Shown one piece after another: positions 48,001 to 60,664 of a DNA stretch of 64,000 nt. Position 1 is the stretch's first letter, and every line of letters begins with the position of its first letter. The translations under genes were made by a program, and so were the position numbers. Where the stretch lies: the NCBI RefSeq assembly GCF_000315625.1, contig NW_005434632.1, forward strand, positions 420,899 through 484,898, written 5' to 3'. Source of the DNA: Guillardia theta CCMP2712. Lineage: Eukaryota > Protista > Cryptophyta. The notes under the pieces are model-generated. The model searched no databases and was not told where the DNA came from. It worked only from the letters and a program-made list of their open reading frames with translations.

Positions 48001-49204
48001 CAAACATGTAACTCTGTGCTTACCCAGGTCAACAACAGATCTAGAGTCCAACTTCACCTCCTCATCCACCATCTTCGTGAAGTGCCCCAGTACCTCTTGC
48101 AGACGCACATTGGAGCCCGAGAAGGCTTCTGCTGCCATGGCCATCGTCTGCCCCTGGTAGCTTCGCGAGGAATGGCGCAAGAAGACTGAGGAGAAGTGTC
48201 CCAGCACCTGTACGTCCAGTCGCCCGAGTCGCTTCAGCCCGTGCGCGATCAGCGCTGCTGCTTGCAGGTCGATGGTTTGAGTCGGCCTCCTCAGCATCTC
48301 AAGAGCCAAGAATGTAAGGACAGGATGGTTCTGTCTTGCCCTGTTGCATCCTCCCACAATCATCGCGATGCCCTGAGGGGACCCGGTCGGTCAAGAGGCG
48401 AGAAGAGGAGCGGGAGCTTACCTGGGAGCTGAAAGAGGAGATGTTGATCTTGTCCAGGGTGTCAAGAAGGCACTTGATCGTCTCATTCGCCCCTTTCAGC
48501 TGTAAAGAGGTCGGCTGGGAGAGCGCGTTCACGAGGGTCGACACAGTCTGTCCGTCGCACTCCGTGTAGTTGTTCGACCTGTCGGCGTCGGCGACTATTT
48601 CCTGTATCCGCAGGCAGCTTGCCTCAAAGAACGAGGTGTATTTGCTCCAACTCTTTCGTAGAGCGTTGAACGCCATAGCGATCTGCTTTAACCGTAGGGC
48701 TCGACAGTTCGTTTGTAGGCATCCAACACAAATCTCTTCGATGTCCTGCATCTTGACAGCATGAGAGGACGGGAGGGTTCGTCCTGCCCTAGTCCCGTCA
48801 AAGCTATTCAATTTTGAGAGCACGCGAGCAGCATCTGCAACTTTCATACGAGCATTGCTGCCTCTACCGGCGGCCAGGAGGGGGTGTATGGTTTCAACCA
48901 TGCCGCAAAGATCGCGGAAGTCTTTCAGGAGAGGAAGCTGTATTGGCGCCGTCCTGGGAGTTCTACCCTGCTGTCGTTTGAGGTTGTTCTTCTGATTAAC
49001 GTTCTGCGACATGGAAATGCGGACGATGTTGCATTCTCCGGGGCGCAAGTGAAGGGCTGCTTCCTGCTCCCTCACGCCGCGGAGCCTTCGAACCAAAGGG
49101 CAGCACAAGCTGTTAGAGGCACGATAAAGCTGGAGGTCATGCGTTATCCTAAAGCTCGTAGCGCACTGGAGTAGGAAGATGGAAAATGAGATCGATGGGC
49201 GCAT
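45085..49204 (-). CDS. RAP-domain helical-repeat (FASTK/OPR-like) RNA-binding protein, probably plastid-targeted
   Basis: C-terminal RAP: YVVDAWLPTFGIALEVDGPYHY...LGSTKLKHRHL...VLVVPYWEW. Repeats such as FSAQELALVINALARLG and GQAVANIAWSVAAL. Leader ends ATS-FRI. Confidence 0.85.
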
Positions 49205-49706
49205 CCCAGTCCCAGTCTGTTCCCAGTTGCCGCGGACGTCCAACCTTGTTCCTCCTACCCTTGTCTTGCTCCCGCTCCTTCTGCTTCTGCTTCTCCAACT
49301 TCTTCTTCTTCCTCTGCCACTGCTCCCTCCCCCCTACAGCTCAACACGCACCCCGACCCCCTTTCTCCTGCTTTTGTTTCATTGGTTGTTTTGCCTTTTA
49401 CGGCTGCTCCTGTATGAGGGGGATGAGGGGTACAATCAATTGAGGATCAGATTTGACTAAAGAATTTGTGTAATTAGTAACGTCTTGTAACGTTTTTCTT
49501 TGGTCACCGAAAAGAATTCTTTTCGAGGACCAGGAGCAACGAACTGACCAAGGACCCACCTTCTTTCCCGAGATTGTCGGTCAAGTGGGTGGGTGATCTA
49601 TCCTACCATGAGCTTGACCATGAGCAACCCCATGCTTCGATGCTTGCTGTTTATGATTATCTGCTCGAGATGTATCGCCGTCTCTCCTCTGAAGATCTTC
49701 GCAGGC

Positions 49707-50572
49707 ATGGGATGGGAATGGAGAGCATTCTTCCACGGGGACTTGCGTGGAAACTTTCAGAATCATATCAATTCAACAATGCCAAATCTATTGAATCGCT
49801 ATCCTGAAAGCGAAGCAGAGGAAAGGTATGATGTTTACGCCTGCATCGAAGAAAGTGTTGGGTATAAGGTTCGTGGTGATGAACAATCGGAATTGCTGGA
49901 AGTTAAAACTCGCCTTGAAAGAAAAAAACGAGGTGCAGAGCAATGGCAAAAGGTAGCTATTTCTTTTTTGTTGCAACAAGGTTGTCAGACTCAGCTCTCC
50001 ATTTTTGCAGGAACTTATTCCCCGTCAAGCAAACAGCAAAGGGGTATACCCCACTCTTGCGAATGATGTGAAGGCCCTGCTCAAGTCGGATGGCCGAGAA
50101 ATAAACAGCGTATCCGAAGTCAAGCTCGACAAATCGAGAATAATCTACAGAGGTACGAGCCGCGGATCAGCAGACCAGCACTGTCTTGACTGTGACACAC
50201 ATTGCAGTCTATCATTCGGGTACGAGAGAGCCTGATGAGAAGTACAAAGGAGTTTCGGTCGAGTGCACATTGATCAAGACTACTTCCGGCGCAAAGTTCA
50301 CATCGATCTGTGTAGAGCACAGCAAGCATGCAGACAAGATTTACTCTGTCATTGAGGAGCTGAAATTGTCAGAATTTGAGAGAGAAAGGCTCATTGTTTG
50401 TCAAGAAGCCGACCAAGCTCAGGTGATGTGATTTGGTCTGGTGTATTTCGTGTCATGACGCAGCCCACAGAAATCATGGTTGAGTGTTGCCTGCATGGGA
50501 TATCCAGGTTTTGTGAAGTTCTTGTCCGATCATCAGAATGGAGCTCGTCATGGTGCAATGTCACATGACTGA
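49707..50572 (+). CDS. Hypothetical protein, possible CYTH-like fold
   Basis: MGWEWRAFF...EERYDVY...VGYKVRG...LLEVKTR...AEQWQK, later VKLDKSR, VECTLI, SICVE, GYPGF. The spacing resembles CYTH-like triphosphate tunnel proteins. Confidence 0.5.
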
Positions 50573-51497
50573 ATGTAAGGCTCTCATTCACAGCAAATAT
50601 CAAACAAAAGTGGGCAAGAAAATGTTTACTGTACATATTTTCCGGCTGAAATGTACAAATATTACACATGTTTTTCTCATACACTAGAATACACAGGCGG
50701 TTTGAAAAAGCATGTCATAAAAAAAACGACAACTTCTGCTCCACTTGACGCCGGGATATCTCCTCATGTTCGACCATCCTGCAAATCAGGCATGTTAACT
50801 CGGGAATCAATTAGATTCACCGCACATGCAGCACAACAGATCAATGTCCTCACAAACTAGAGTATAGAATCCTCAAGATAATTCAGTTCCTAAGGTGAGC
50901 ATAGTTTGACACATCATCGGACATCGAAGTTAAGAACGCTCTAAAACAGCACGCATCGCAATTTCACACCTTGTAAAATGGAAGCGTTGCCGGGAGTAGT
51001 GACCGTCTACCATTCTGGATCAGGTCAGTCCGAGGTAGGAGATTGCTTCTTCCCTATCCACATCGAGACTTCAACTCTGCCCACCCTTTTCTCCTCCACA
51101 CCATACGGTATGATTGTCCTCGATCGTATCTGATCAGTCACAAGCCGCGCTCGTGCTGTGGTTTTCAACCCCCAGTTTAACACCCAGTTTCAAATTTCAC
51201 CACAATCTTCAAAACTGAAAAGGTAAAGTTGAATCATTGACTCTGAATTTTGATAGGCCGGCTTGGCCCGGCCAGGCTGCCGGCCGAGGCCGGCTGCGGC
51301 GGCGCGACACTGAGCTTCGGAATCACCCAGGTCGGAGTTTCCCGAGAAAAAAAAACAAAACTTGTTCCAGACCCTACCCCGTCTTCCTAGAAAAAGTTCT
51401 TTGAAAGTACCGGTAGTGAAGCATCAAACACTTGTAGCATCGAATCAAGGCCAAGCTGTTCCCCTCAAGTCCTCGGTCCTCTACCACGCAAGGAGCA

Positions 51498-52598
51498 ATG
51501 CACTCGAAGGACCTTCACGTCCCTCCCCACATCACCAAGGCCCTTCTTGCTGCTAAGGAGAAGGAAGCTTCCCAGGAGTTTCAGGTCGCGGCCAGTTTGA
51601 CTTCATGCGTGCTCGGCCTCGAAAACTTCCAGCTCAAGGAATCCAACTATCACCCGGAGAGAGAGATCTTACAAAAGGCGCATGAATTCACATCGACACT
51701 CAGGACTCGCAGGTTCAGCAATGAGACTGGCAAGACTGAGCGTCGTCATCCGCAGGCTTCCGCGTCCTCAGGCTCTCCCAAAAACAATGACCTGCATCAG
51801 CATTCCACTCTTCCTCTCTGCGTTGGCACCCAGGTTTGGACAACCGCGGACCAGGTCAATCAAACAGAGCGAAACAACAAGAATAATTATCAAGACTCGA
51901 AAGGCTCAAAAAGACCAGAAGAATGGCATTGGTAGGAGGGCAGGTCCGTAGGTAGACTACTACGGCGAGTCGAGGGCAGCAGCCTGTTCAATTTCCTTGA
52001 TCAGCAACTATCAAAGACGTGATATCGTGAATAAACACTCAGAACATGACAGCCCATGCAACACTCTATTTCAGGTCCATATTCAAGCAAACATTACACA
52101 AAACTGTCCGTGAAGGCGCTGCAGTTCTCTGTCACGCATTGCAAAACAATGTTGGCGTTGTTTTTCGATTGAGCAAGATGTAGGGGCAGGAGAAAGTTTT
52201 ATTTGATTCAAACAAGGTTTGTAAAGTTTCTGCACGATTACAACTTGAGGTTGGGGACTGCAGTTCCTGTCTCCCAAGATCGCCGAACCGTTCACTTCAG
52301 GACTAAGTTACGCCGGCCGCGGCGGAAGCCGGTAGGACCGTACAGTGATGGCCGAGGACGATCCTTTTATAGTCGAGGGGAACCACCAGGGGTGGTGAGG
52401 CTCCTCACGCACGAGCGAGCATCCCTCGTGCGTCCACTTAGATCTGTTGCTTGCTCCTTCTCGAGGTTCAGCCAATCGTACAAGTGGAGGGTAGACCACT
52501 CGTTCTTTGCACGCTCTGTCGCCCAACAGAGGTTTTACTCCAGCGATCCAGTAGCCGTTAGAGCCCTTACTGCCTTCGTGACTGTAAGAGAAGACTAA
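51498..52598 (+). CDS. Possible multi-exon hypothetical protein
   Basis: ATG at 51498 (MHSKDLHVPPHITKALLAAKEKE) with in-frame intron-like segments. The 3' part is uncertain. Confidence 0.35.
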
Positions 52599-52890
52599 GA
52601 GAAGACCATAGCTTCTCTTGCTGCCCACTCTTGCTCACTAAGGATCCTTCCTGCAGAGGCTTGAGCTAGCACCTTCACAGAGCTCTGATAATAACGAGGA
52701 CAATCAGGAGAATTACGGCAGCGGCGAGCCTGGTTTGCCAGTGACCCTGAAACTGTCACACGCTATCACAGGGCCGGGCCGTAGACTGACAACTGAGAGC
52801 CAGCGAGAGTCGGTAACCTTTGATTGTTTATCACTAACTTAATACACATGTGTAACATTACAACTTGACTTTACAGCTTTCATCACAGAG

Positions 52891-54207
52891 TCAAACTCTA
52901 GACATAACTACAGAGACAGGCTGACAGGTTTGGGCTGTAAGGAGAGAGGAAGAATGAATATCTTGCATATGAGTCGGATGAATAAATTCGCTTTCTGGAG
53001 TTTGTTCAGTTCTGACATAAATCTGAAATCTCGCTGCTTTTTTCATTTGGTCCGGACCCAGTTTGTCTTCGCGTTCAATAGAGAATGACAAATATCGAGT
53101 GCTGCTCAACGGAGGAAGGTTGATTGAATCGTATTCCACCCTCTTCTCAATGTCACCCAAATTGTTCATTGGCTGTACTGGCTCGTTTTTCCTGTTCGTC
53201 ATTGTCATCAGAATGAAAGCTATAATGCATAGCAAGACGACAGCAACAGAGACGATGATCAGTGTCGTCTTTTCAGACACTGAATTGTCAGAGGCGGTTG
53301 ACTGTTCGACTTGGAAGTTGATCTTGATGACTTTCGGCAAACCCCTTTCTGAAAGGAGTCGGTTCACAAATTCGATATTCAGCCCTGCAATCAAATCCTT
53401 GGGTTGATCTGTCTTGGTCTTGTACACAAGGCTCGTGTGTTGTGTCTCTTGCTCGGATTTAATTGATTCCGTCGCCAAGCTGTCCCCAATGACACCACAC
53501 TTTGAAATGAGGTCTACAAAAACCTGTCTGATTTTTTGTTGCAGTGGACTGAAGCTCTCAAGACTGGTATCCAGCAAGACCGTGATGGTGACGGAGAAGC
53601 AACCTTGATCACACTGCTTGACAGGTGCTTGAGGACTCGGAGGATGCTTCTCGTCTGCTGCCTCGATGCATTCAGTGTTCCATGCCCCTCCCCCGGGCTT
53701 TGTGGTACCGCTTGGACAAGCCACGCATCGCCCCGGAGAAGAGCTGCTGTAATCCATTCTATACATGTTAGTGCCGCATGGCTCAAAGTCATTGCATGCA
53801 GTTGCTCCCTCTGCTGACCAAGAGCCGTTTCTACATTGCATGCAAGTCGCTGTGTATGCCGCACCTTTGGGAAGATACTGTCCTGCTGGGCATGCAGAAC
53901 ATGTTCCAACACTGTTCCCTGATGTCTTGTCCAGAAAAGAGCAGTTTGCACGGAAATACCCATCACTGCAGGGTCCGCAGCAGATGCTTTGGGTACCTGT
54001 ACCCTGGGCCTGGCACTTCCAGCCCGTCTCAATTGTGCAGAGAGACGAGCACCCATCCCCATTTACAGTATTCTTGTCATCACATTGCTCGAATTCCTGT
54101 ACAACGCCATCTCCACACTTCGAGGATGTTTGAGAGCTATTTCCGGCATCCACCCCCTTCTTCGCTAAAAGAAGAGCTATCAGTACGAAACGCTGATGTA
54201 TTCTCAT
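52891..54207 (-). CDS. Intronless type I membrane protein with Myxococcus-type Cys-rich repeat (DUF4215-like) and TNFR/ephrin-receptor-like Cys repeats
   Basis: Signal peptide; CGDGVVQEFEQCDDKNTVNGDGCSSLCTIETGWKC; CSACPAGQY, CVACPSGT; TM LIIVSVAVVLLCIIAFILM. Confidence 0.8.
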   Translation of the reverse strand: MRIHQRFVLIALLLAKKGVDAGNSSQTSSKCGDGVVQEFEQCDDKNTVNGDGCSSLCTIETGWKCQAQGTGTQSICCGPCSDGYFRANCSFLDKTSGNSVGTCSACPAGQYLPKGAAYTATCMQCRNGSWSAEGATACNDFEPCGTNMYRMDYSSSSPGRCVACPSGTTKPGGGAWNTECIEAADEKHPPSPQAPVKQCDQGCFSVTITVLLDTSLESFSPLQQKIRQVFVDLISKCGVIGDSLATESIKSEQETQHTSLVYKTKTDQPKDLIAGLNIEFVNRLLSERGLPKVIKINFQVEQSTASDNSVSEKTTLIIVSVAVVLLCIIAFILMTMTNRKNEPVQPMNNLGDIEKRVEYDSINLPPLSSTRYLSFSIEREDKLGPDQMKKAARFQIYVRTEQTPESEFIHPTHMQDIHSSSLLTAQTCQPVSVVMSRV

Positions 54208-55168
54208 CGTGTTCGTGATGCGCAAGCACGAAGGAACGATTCAGGTGGAGTAGACAGTCCTTGTGGTGGTGGATGGGGTCTGGTTTTGGTTCTTCCTCCT
54301 AAGGAGGTCTCAAGAAGGAGTAAACGAAGCAGAAAGATACTGTTCGGGGGCGGGAAGGGCACGAGCAGGGCAGGGGGTCTGCACTACGTGCAAAGTACAA
54401 GGGATACAGAGGGAGGGGAAGGAGACAAGGCGGGAAATCGAAAAAATGTGTTTTCGATTAAGAAGCCCATTGAGTAAAAATCAAAAAGATTTTTTTTGAG
54501 GAACTCATAACGAAAAGATGTATTTTCAGGGAGTTGCATACAGCTGGAGGGACGTAATGGAACACCAAAGTGCATTTTCGCCTTTGCTCACCCCTTATTT
54601 TCCCACTTCTTATCAGGGTACTCTGGGGGGAGGTGGTCAAGGAAAGGGGCGTTGTTGGGACCACGAAGGATGGGTGGGGTCGACGCAAGGGAGGAGACTA
54701 CTTTGAACTATAAGGGTGGGGTAGACACAAGGAAAAGAAGGGGTAGTCTGATCGGTATCTGCGCACTGAGTGTGGAAGGAGGAAAGGGGGGTAGTAAAGC
54801 CACGAGCCAATTAAAAAATGTGTTGGAAGGCACTAGAATAAAATTGAAAAACATTCAACACCCCCACCCTACTCCTCCACCCCCTCCCTCAGCTACTTCA
54901 CCCCGCTCCCACCCCCCCTCCTAGTCTATTTAACCCCTCCTTGAGCATTTTAGGGAGGCGGCCCCAACTCGGAGAACCCCTCACAACCTGGCAAGGAGAC
55001 ACAATCGAGGCGGGCTCGATTTCAGATACATTGAGCTAAGTTTCAACCAGGGTCATCTTGAACCGGGTAGGGTGGATACTTGAAAGGGTGGGTGCAAAGA
55101 TTGAAAACAAGGGGTAGTGGTTAAAAAAATAGAGTTGCCGAGTTGGGGTAGTCCGCACAGTGATTCCT

Positions 55169-55231
55169 CGAAACATGTACAAGTTTTTTAATAATTGTAA
55201 CGAAACATGTACAAGTTTTTTAATAATTGTA
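55169..55231. repeat. 32-bp tandem duplication (CGAAACATGTACAAGTTTTTTAATAATTGTA x2)
   Basis: Read directly. Confidence 0.85.
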
Positions 55232-55702
55232 GTGAACAGTACAAATTAGGCCTGTATAAACTTTCCTCTTCTAGAGAGTTTGTACACAATTCTATACTAT
55301 CAACAATTTGTCTCTAAAAATAGTCAATCACAACTTGATTTCTATCTATTTTTTAAAAATCAAAAGTACGACACTCATTTCACCAGTACTGTCTGCAAGA
55401 GTACTCATCCCTGAAAATCGTACCACAATAGGTTTGAAGCACAAATACGCCCCCGTCAGTTCTTCCTCCCTCCCGCCGGCGGTCAAACCTGACCCCTTGC
55501 TCCCTCCCGTCTTCATCCCTCTAGGCTCCGCGCATTTGCTCGGTCTCGTACGGTACGATCCTAGAGGCTCCCCATCCGGCCCTGCTCTGCAAACGGTACT
55601 CCGTATCTGTCACAGTGAAGCGCACAGTTCAGTCCTGCATCATTCACCCTACAGCCGTACCGTTGACTGAGTTAACAGTTCAGTTCGATCAGAGGTTGCA
55701 TC

Positions 55703-56050
55703 ATGAATCATGGGCATCTTGAGGTTAACCCCAAGCTGGACGAGTTGATGCACCGGTCTGACGGAGAGACCCTAGGACGGCACATCGACGAGGCCTCCCA
55801 ACTAGGTTCAGATCTTCTCCGTAAGTCCCAAGCCCCACGCCATGGGCATTCGTATCACCCCGAGGCAGTGGTGGTGAAGGCAGCTCATGAATACACTAAA
55901 ATGGTCCACCGCGACCTGGATTATCTTGCCACGGAGCTCCAATCGGAGCACCACAAAACCAAAGATTCGCTTCCTCTTCATGAGCGCGATCACAAGAGTG
56001 GTCATGGCCATCAGCATGGCCATCACAATCAAGAACACCAGCCAACTGAG

Positions 56051-56083
<33 letters not shown>

Positions 56084-56443
56084 TCATCAAGTCATGATCA
56101 TGTTTCAGATCGTGTTGGGAAGGTCGATTCTCTCTGCTCTAGGAAAATCCATGTTTGGACAGGACACCATCAGGGTGGACAGCAGGTGGCAACCAGTTCA
56201 GAATCTGTCAATTTTGGAGAAAAGCCCATTGAGCTGGTGGACAAATTCTACTACGACCGTGACGACATGGTTGAAAGGCTGATGTGAAACAGGCAGGATT
56301 GATTCCTGGATTGTGCCCTCTTGCTTGAGATGTTTGTTCTTCTTGGAGAGCAAGTGAGGTGACTGAGTGACAGATCCTTGCATGTTTCTCGAAGTTTTGA
56401 TCGCCACAGAGTGCGGAGGAGCTCTCAACCAAGATCATCGTTG
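55703..56443 (+). CDS. Histidine-rich hypothetical protein
   Basis: 194-aa ORF from ATG 55703 with dispersed His and an H11 run encoded by (CAT)n at 56051-56083. 3' exons are uncertain. Confidence 0.5.
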
Positions 56444-56547
56444 AGTTTAGAGTCCAGTCTGGTGTTGCAATGAATTCTGGATTCTTGACAGAAATGTTTG
56501 CGATATTCTAGTCTTACACAAAAATGAATAAATGTTGAGATTCCCCA

Positions 56548-58220
56548 TTACATTTCTTTCACGGGTTGAAAGGACAAGTAGCTTCTGATAGGTATTTTGC
56601 ACATTGTTCCGGTGATCCAACGTAGAAAATCTAACACACTAGTCAGACTTTGATGGTCGGTATTGGCACAAATTCTGTTACGCACCTCGGCAAAGTTTCC
56701 TGGCCAGTACCTGCATGCTGTAGTCAGCATCGATTGTACTCTATGTTGGCATACAAGGAGCGTGGATAGATGAGTGAAGTCAGCCTATGGCGAGCTGCCT
56801 GCCGTGTGGTATATCAGAGAGGAGAAACGTTAGTCGCCGGACGGTATGTAAGGAGAGGAATGGGGAGCATTACCAGCCGGGTAACGAGGCTTCTGAGATG
56901 TTGAGCGTGCAGCAAGTGACCCTGCAAGCAAGGCGCTCACTGGTATGCATGGTCTAGTTGCTCACAAGGCCATGCACCTTGAGCTCGCGTATCTCCCCCG
57001 ATGCCTCGTGGCAAGCACGGCCATCCCTCCACAGGGCAACCCTCTCGGCACTCCAATGCAAGGTGCCTTGTGCTTGACCCCAATCCTGATCTGATGAGCG
57101 GTCGTCGTCGCTGGAATCATCCGAACTCCCCGAGGAGCTCGCTGATGTCTGCTGCTCTTTCTGTTGCTTTGTCAGATGTCTTGATTTCTGTGCAGAACGA
57201 CTTGACTTCTTGTCTCGGTCCTCAGGATCTGCCAAGCAAACGCACAGAATGCAACCTGATGGATCGAATTGACCGTAGCTGAACATTGTGAACAAGTCTG
57301 CGATCGGGCTTTTCTCTACACGTCTGCGGCCTGCAGCAAGGGTGCAGCAATAATCCAGGTACACAAGTCCAAATCTGAGGGATGGAACAGAGTCTACGAA
57401 TGCCCTCACACTCCCGTGAAACACTGTACAAAGATTGGACCCACAAATCTTCAAATATGTTTCTGTGCAGTTGTTGGGCACGAAAATTTCTTCTTTGCAG
57501 CTTCTCTGATCAGAGCTAGAGAGAGCTCTCACTGAGTTGCAGGACGCACCATCCAGAATCAGCATCTTCTTGTTTTGCACTGTTCTGGACAGCCTGACAA
57601 GGATTTCATTGACAGCCGTCTTGTGTATGGCCGACTCCCGCGAGCTCGAGAAAGTGTCCTTGCGTGTGAGCCATCGATATCTGGACGGGACTTCACAGAA
57701 AGGAACCATTTCATGTCTGAAGCTGCAAAACTCTCCTCTACTACAGAATCCTCCTGACACTACCCAATCCCAGCACATGTCCGAAAAGAGCTTCCCAGAA
57801 CGTGAGAGCTGTTCATCCATGGACCTTTTGAGCCCGTTGTGCCTCTCACGCAGCAAGTGCGAAGCATGCTTCAGTTCCTTCTGCTCCACCCTATCGACCA
57901 GGAAGTGCAGGAGCCTCCTGACCTCTTTCTCGACATAGGCCGGATTCCGAGGATCCTCCTTGAACTTCTGCTCCTCAGATGCAGGAAAGCCGAAGTTCAT
58001 CTCGACATTCTTCCCTCGGATCACCACTGGATCGCGCCTGTTTGCTTCGACCATGGCCCTTGCTTCCACCGCGGCCCCCATCTCGACTATCGCTGTTCCG
58101 AACCCATACCAGATCCTTACCGAGAGCACCGAGCCGAACTTGGAAGCACAGTCAGTGATGTCGACCTTGCTGGTTTTCTTGTGCATCCTCTTGATATGAA
58201 CTATGCAGCCAGTTCGCTCT

Positions 58221-58261
<41 letters not shown>

Positions 58262-58336
58262 TGGTTCAAGACCATTGCAAACACCATCTCGGCTCTCCAT
58301 CTCATGCTCCAGCCCCTTCCCAGCGGGCGGATGCAT
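56548..58336 (-). CDS. RRM + CCCH zinc finger + putative SAM-dependent methyltransferase-like domain protein
   Basis: RRM-like IVHIKRM...SKFGSVLSVRI...TAIVEM. CCCH: CWDWVVSGGFCSRGEFCSFRH. MLILDGAS...FVPNN...FGLVYLDYC. A (GQ)n tract comes from (TGTCCC)n. 3' exons approximate. Confidence 0.65.
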
Positions 58337-58398
58337 CGCACATGCGGGTCGCAGCCCTCATACCGCACGCTACCGCTGCCGAACTGCTGCCGGAGAAC

Positions 58399-60664
58399 AT
58401 GGGGGGTTCAGAGGCGGTGGAGGGGCATGAGGAGGCGGGAGGCGGCGGCGGGAGCGACCAGCCCGTGCTTGAGATGGGGCAGATCATACAAGTGAAGAGC
58501 AAGACCCTCGGACGGTTCAAGGAGGTGAGGGACATCCTGATGGGTGAGCACAGGAGCGAGTGGAACCAGGTTGTGGTGCAAGGGATGGTGACCGGGAAGG
58601 TGAAGAACGACAAGTACATCGTGGACTGGAACATCTCGGGTCAGAAGGTCAGGCTCTGTGTCAAAGGACACGTGCTAGCTAGGAAACGACTCTACGACGC
58701 GTCCTCCGCCTCGCTGAATCGAAGTGCAGGGCAGAACGCGCAGGCTGGTAGCGACGATGGGAGCACTGGGATGGTGGGGGCGGACCCTGAAGATGACGCT
58801 TCTGTAGGCGACGAGCACGATACCATACCGGCAGAAACTGTGAGTGCCCTGCAGTGCGACTCTGCGGATGAAGCGCTACAATGGGATGCTTGCGAAAACG
58901 GGGTCCAAACCGACCAACGCAGGGCCCTGGGGTTTGAGTTTGCCACCACCACCTTCAACTGGCCGGAGTCCATGCGGTCTGCTGATCCGAAGACTGAGTT
59001 TGACTGCTGGAAACTGATGTTTCCCTGGCAATTCTTCTTCGGCAAGAGTAGGAAGAATGGGTCCTGTCTCCAATGGACGAATGACAGCTTACCAGCTACT
59101 GTGGACCCTTTCACCGAGTGTGAATTCCTGCAGTATCTTGGTGTTGTCTACACTAAAGCTCTCTTTCCTAAAGGGAATTTCTTGCACTTGTGGGGGTCCG
59201 GCAATGGAGAACTGATTCGAGCCCCTGATCTGGGTACAAGGTACAAGGTGTCGCAGGATCGCTTTGAGCTCTGGGTGAAGCATGTCAAATTATGCTCCCC
59301 AGAGTACGAGAACGGTCACGAGAGTACAGAATGCATGTATCCGTTGATAGATGCATTCAATCGTAACAGAGTACAGAGCATTCGTGCTGGAACTGAGCTG
59401 TTTGTGTTTGAAGACGTCGATCTGCGCAGCATCTCCAATGAGGTAAGCAGCCTTTTATTGCTGGGAAAGTCTGTTGAATCTGATTGGTCTGCAGTATACA
59501 AGTAGAAGTCGCTCTACTTTGAATGGGGCAGCAAGTATCTGTAAGAGAGCTGGTATCGAATACACGAAGCTTGCAGAGTGTACCTTTGGGATTACACTTG
59601 CGTTGGAACCCAGGCGGGAGCTGGGCATGGAGTTGGATGTCAGCAGCAGCGCTGCTACACTCATCAGCGTTGCAAAAAAATATCTTGACAAAGGACATGT
59701 CATACACGGGAGCTCGGGGTTCTCATCAGTCGTGATTGCAAAGGCGCTGCTCTCGCGACAAACGTTTTTCACGGGGTTGCTCAGAAAGTCTCCGCCAGGC
59801 TTCCCGAAGAAGTTTTTGAAGGCTGACGCTGAGGCCTCTGGCGAACAGCAAGGAGCTACCAGAACCGCAACGGCCCAAGTTGAGCTGCAAGGCAAGATGC
59901 GACTTATCTATGGCCATGGCTGGATCGAGAGCGGACTGTCAGGCAAGGAGAAGAGACTTCTGGTTTCTACATGGAACACAACAGACAAGTCAGAAGTTCG
60001 CAGCGAGGACTCTGTCAGTGCAAGGAAATCAGGAGCTGACTCGTGGCAAGCACCCGCATCGAAAGTCATGTCGTCATACTTCACGGCAGCGACCAAGATC
60101 TACCTTAGCAAGCACAATGATCAGGATGAGCTGGAGCAGGAGAGCTCGATTGGGAAGCAGAATTGTCAGCTGGCCATGTTGTGCGACGTTCTCAGAACAA
60201 TGGAACTGGACGCTTTCAAGGTTTACTGTGCCTCCAACCCTTCCGGTGGTCCCGTTCGACACATTGTGTACACTGAAGCGCTCTGTACGCAACTCTTGAC
60301 CAGCGGGACTGATAGCAGTCACAGTCAAGGCAAGGCGAACTCAACTTGTGACGGGGGAGTCTCACAGATCATGGATATCGATGATTCAGGTGATTCGTCC
60401 AAGGGCATACACACTTTGGGGTTGGTGAATGACCATGTCATCAAGTGGAACTTGAGAACTTCTCAATCCTTCGATGAGAAGCGGGCCATCAGAGTCAGAT
60501 GTAGAGTATGTAAGGGAAGCAATGGCTTAGGATCTCTAACGACATGTTGTTGCATATGTTGCAGCGAGAAGGATCGCAACAAACGGCCTTATGGATTGTG
60601 TGGGCCGACCACACGCAGGAAATGTTATTCAGAACATGTGAAGCAATTTCAGAAGAAGGGTTGA
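58399..60664 (+). CDS. piggyBac transposase-derived protein (DDE_Tnp_1_7-like) with degenerate catalytic triad and C-terminal Cys-rich domain
   Basis: Intron 59443..59494 joins two ORFs. Motifs LMFP..WTN..EFLQYLG..LW..PDLG..SQDRF, LIDAFN, FFTGLLRK..GFPK, LLVST, and C-terminal CRVC...CICC...LC...CYSEH. Confidence 0.75.
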
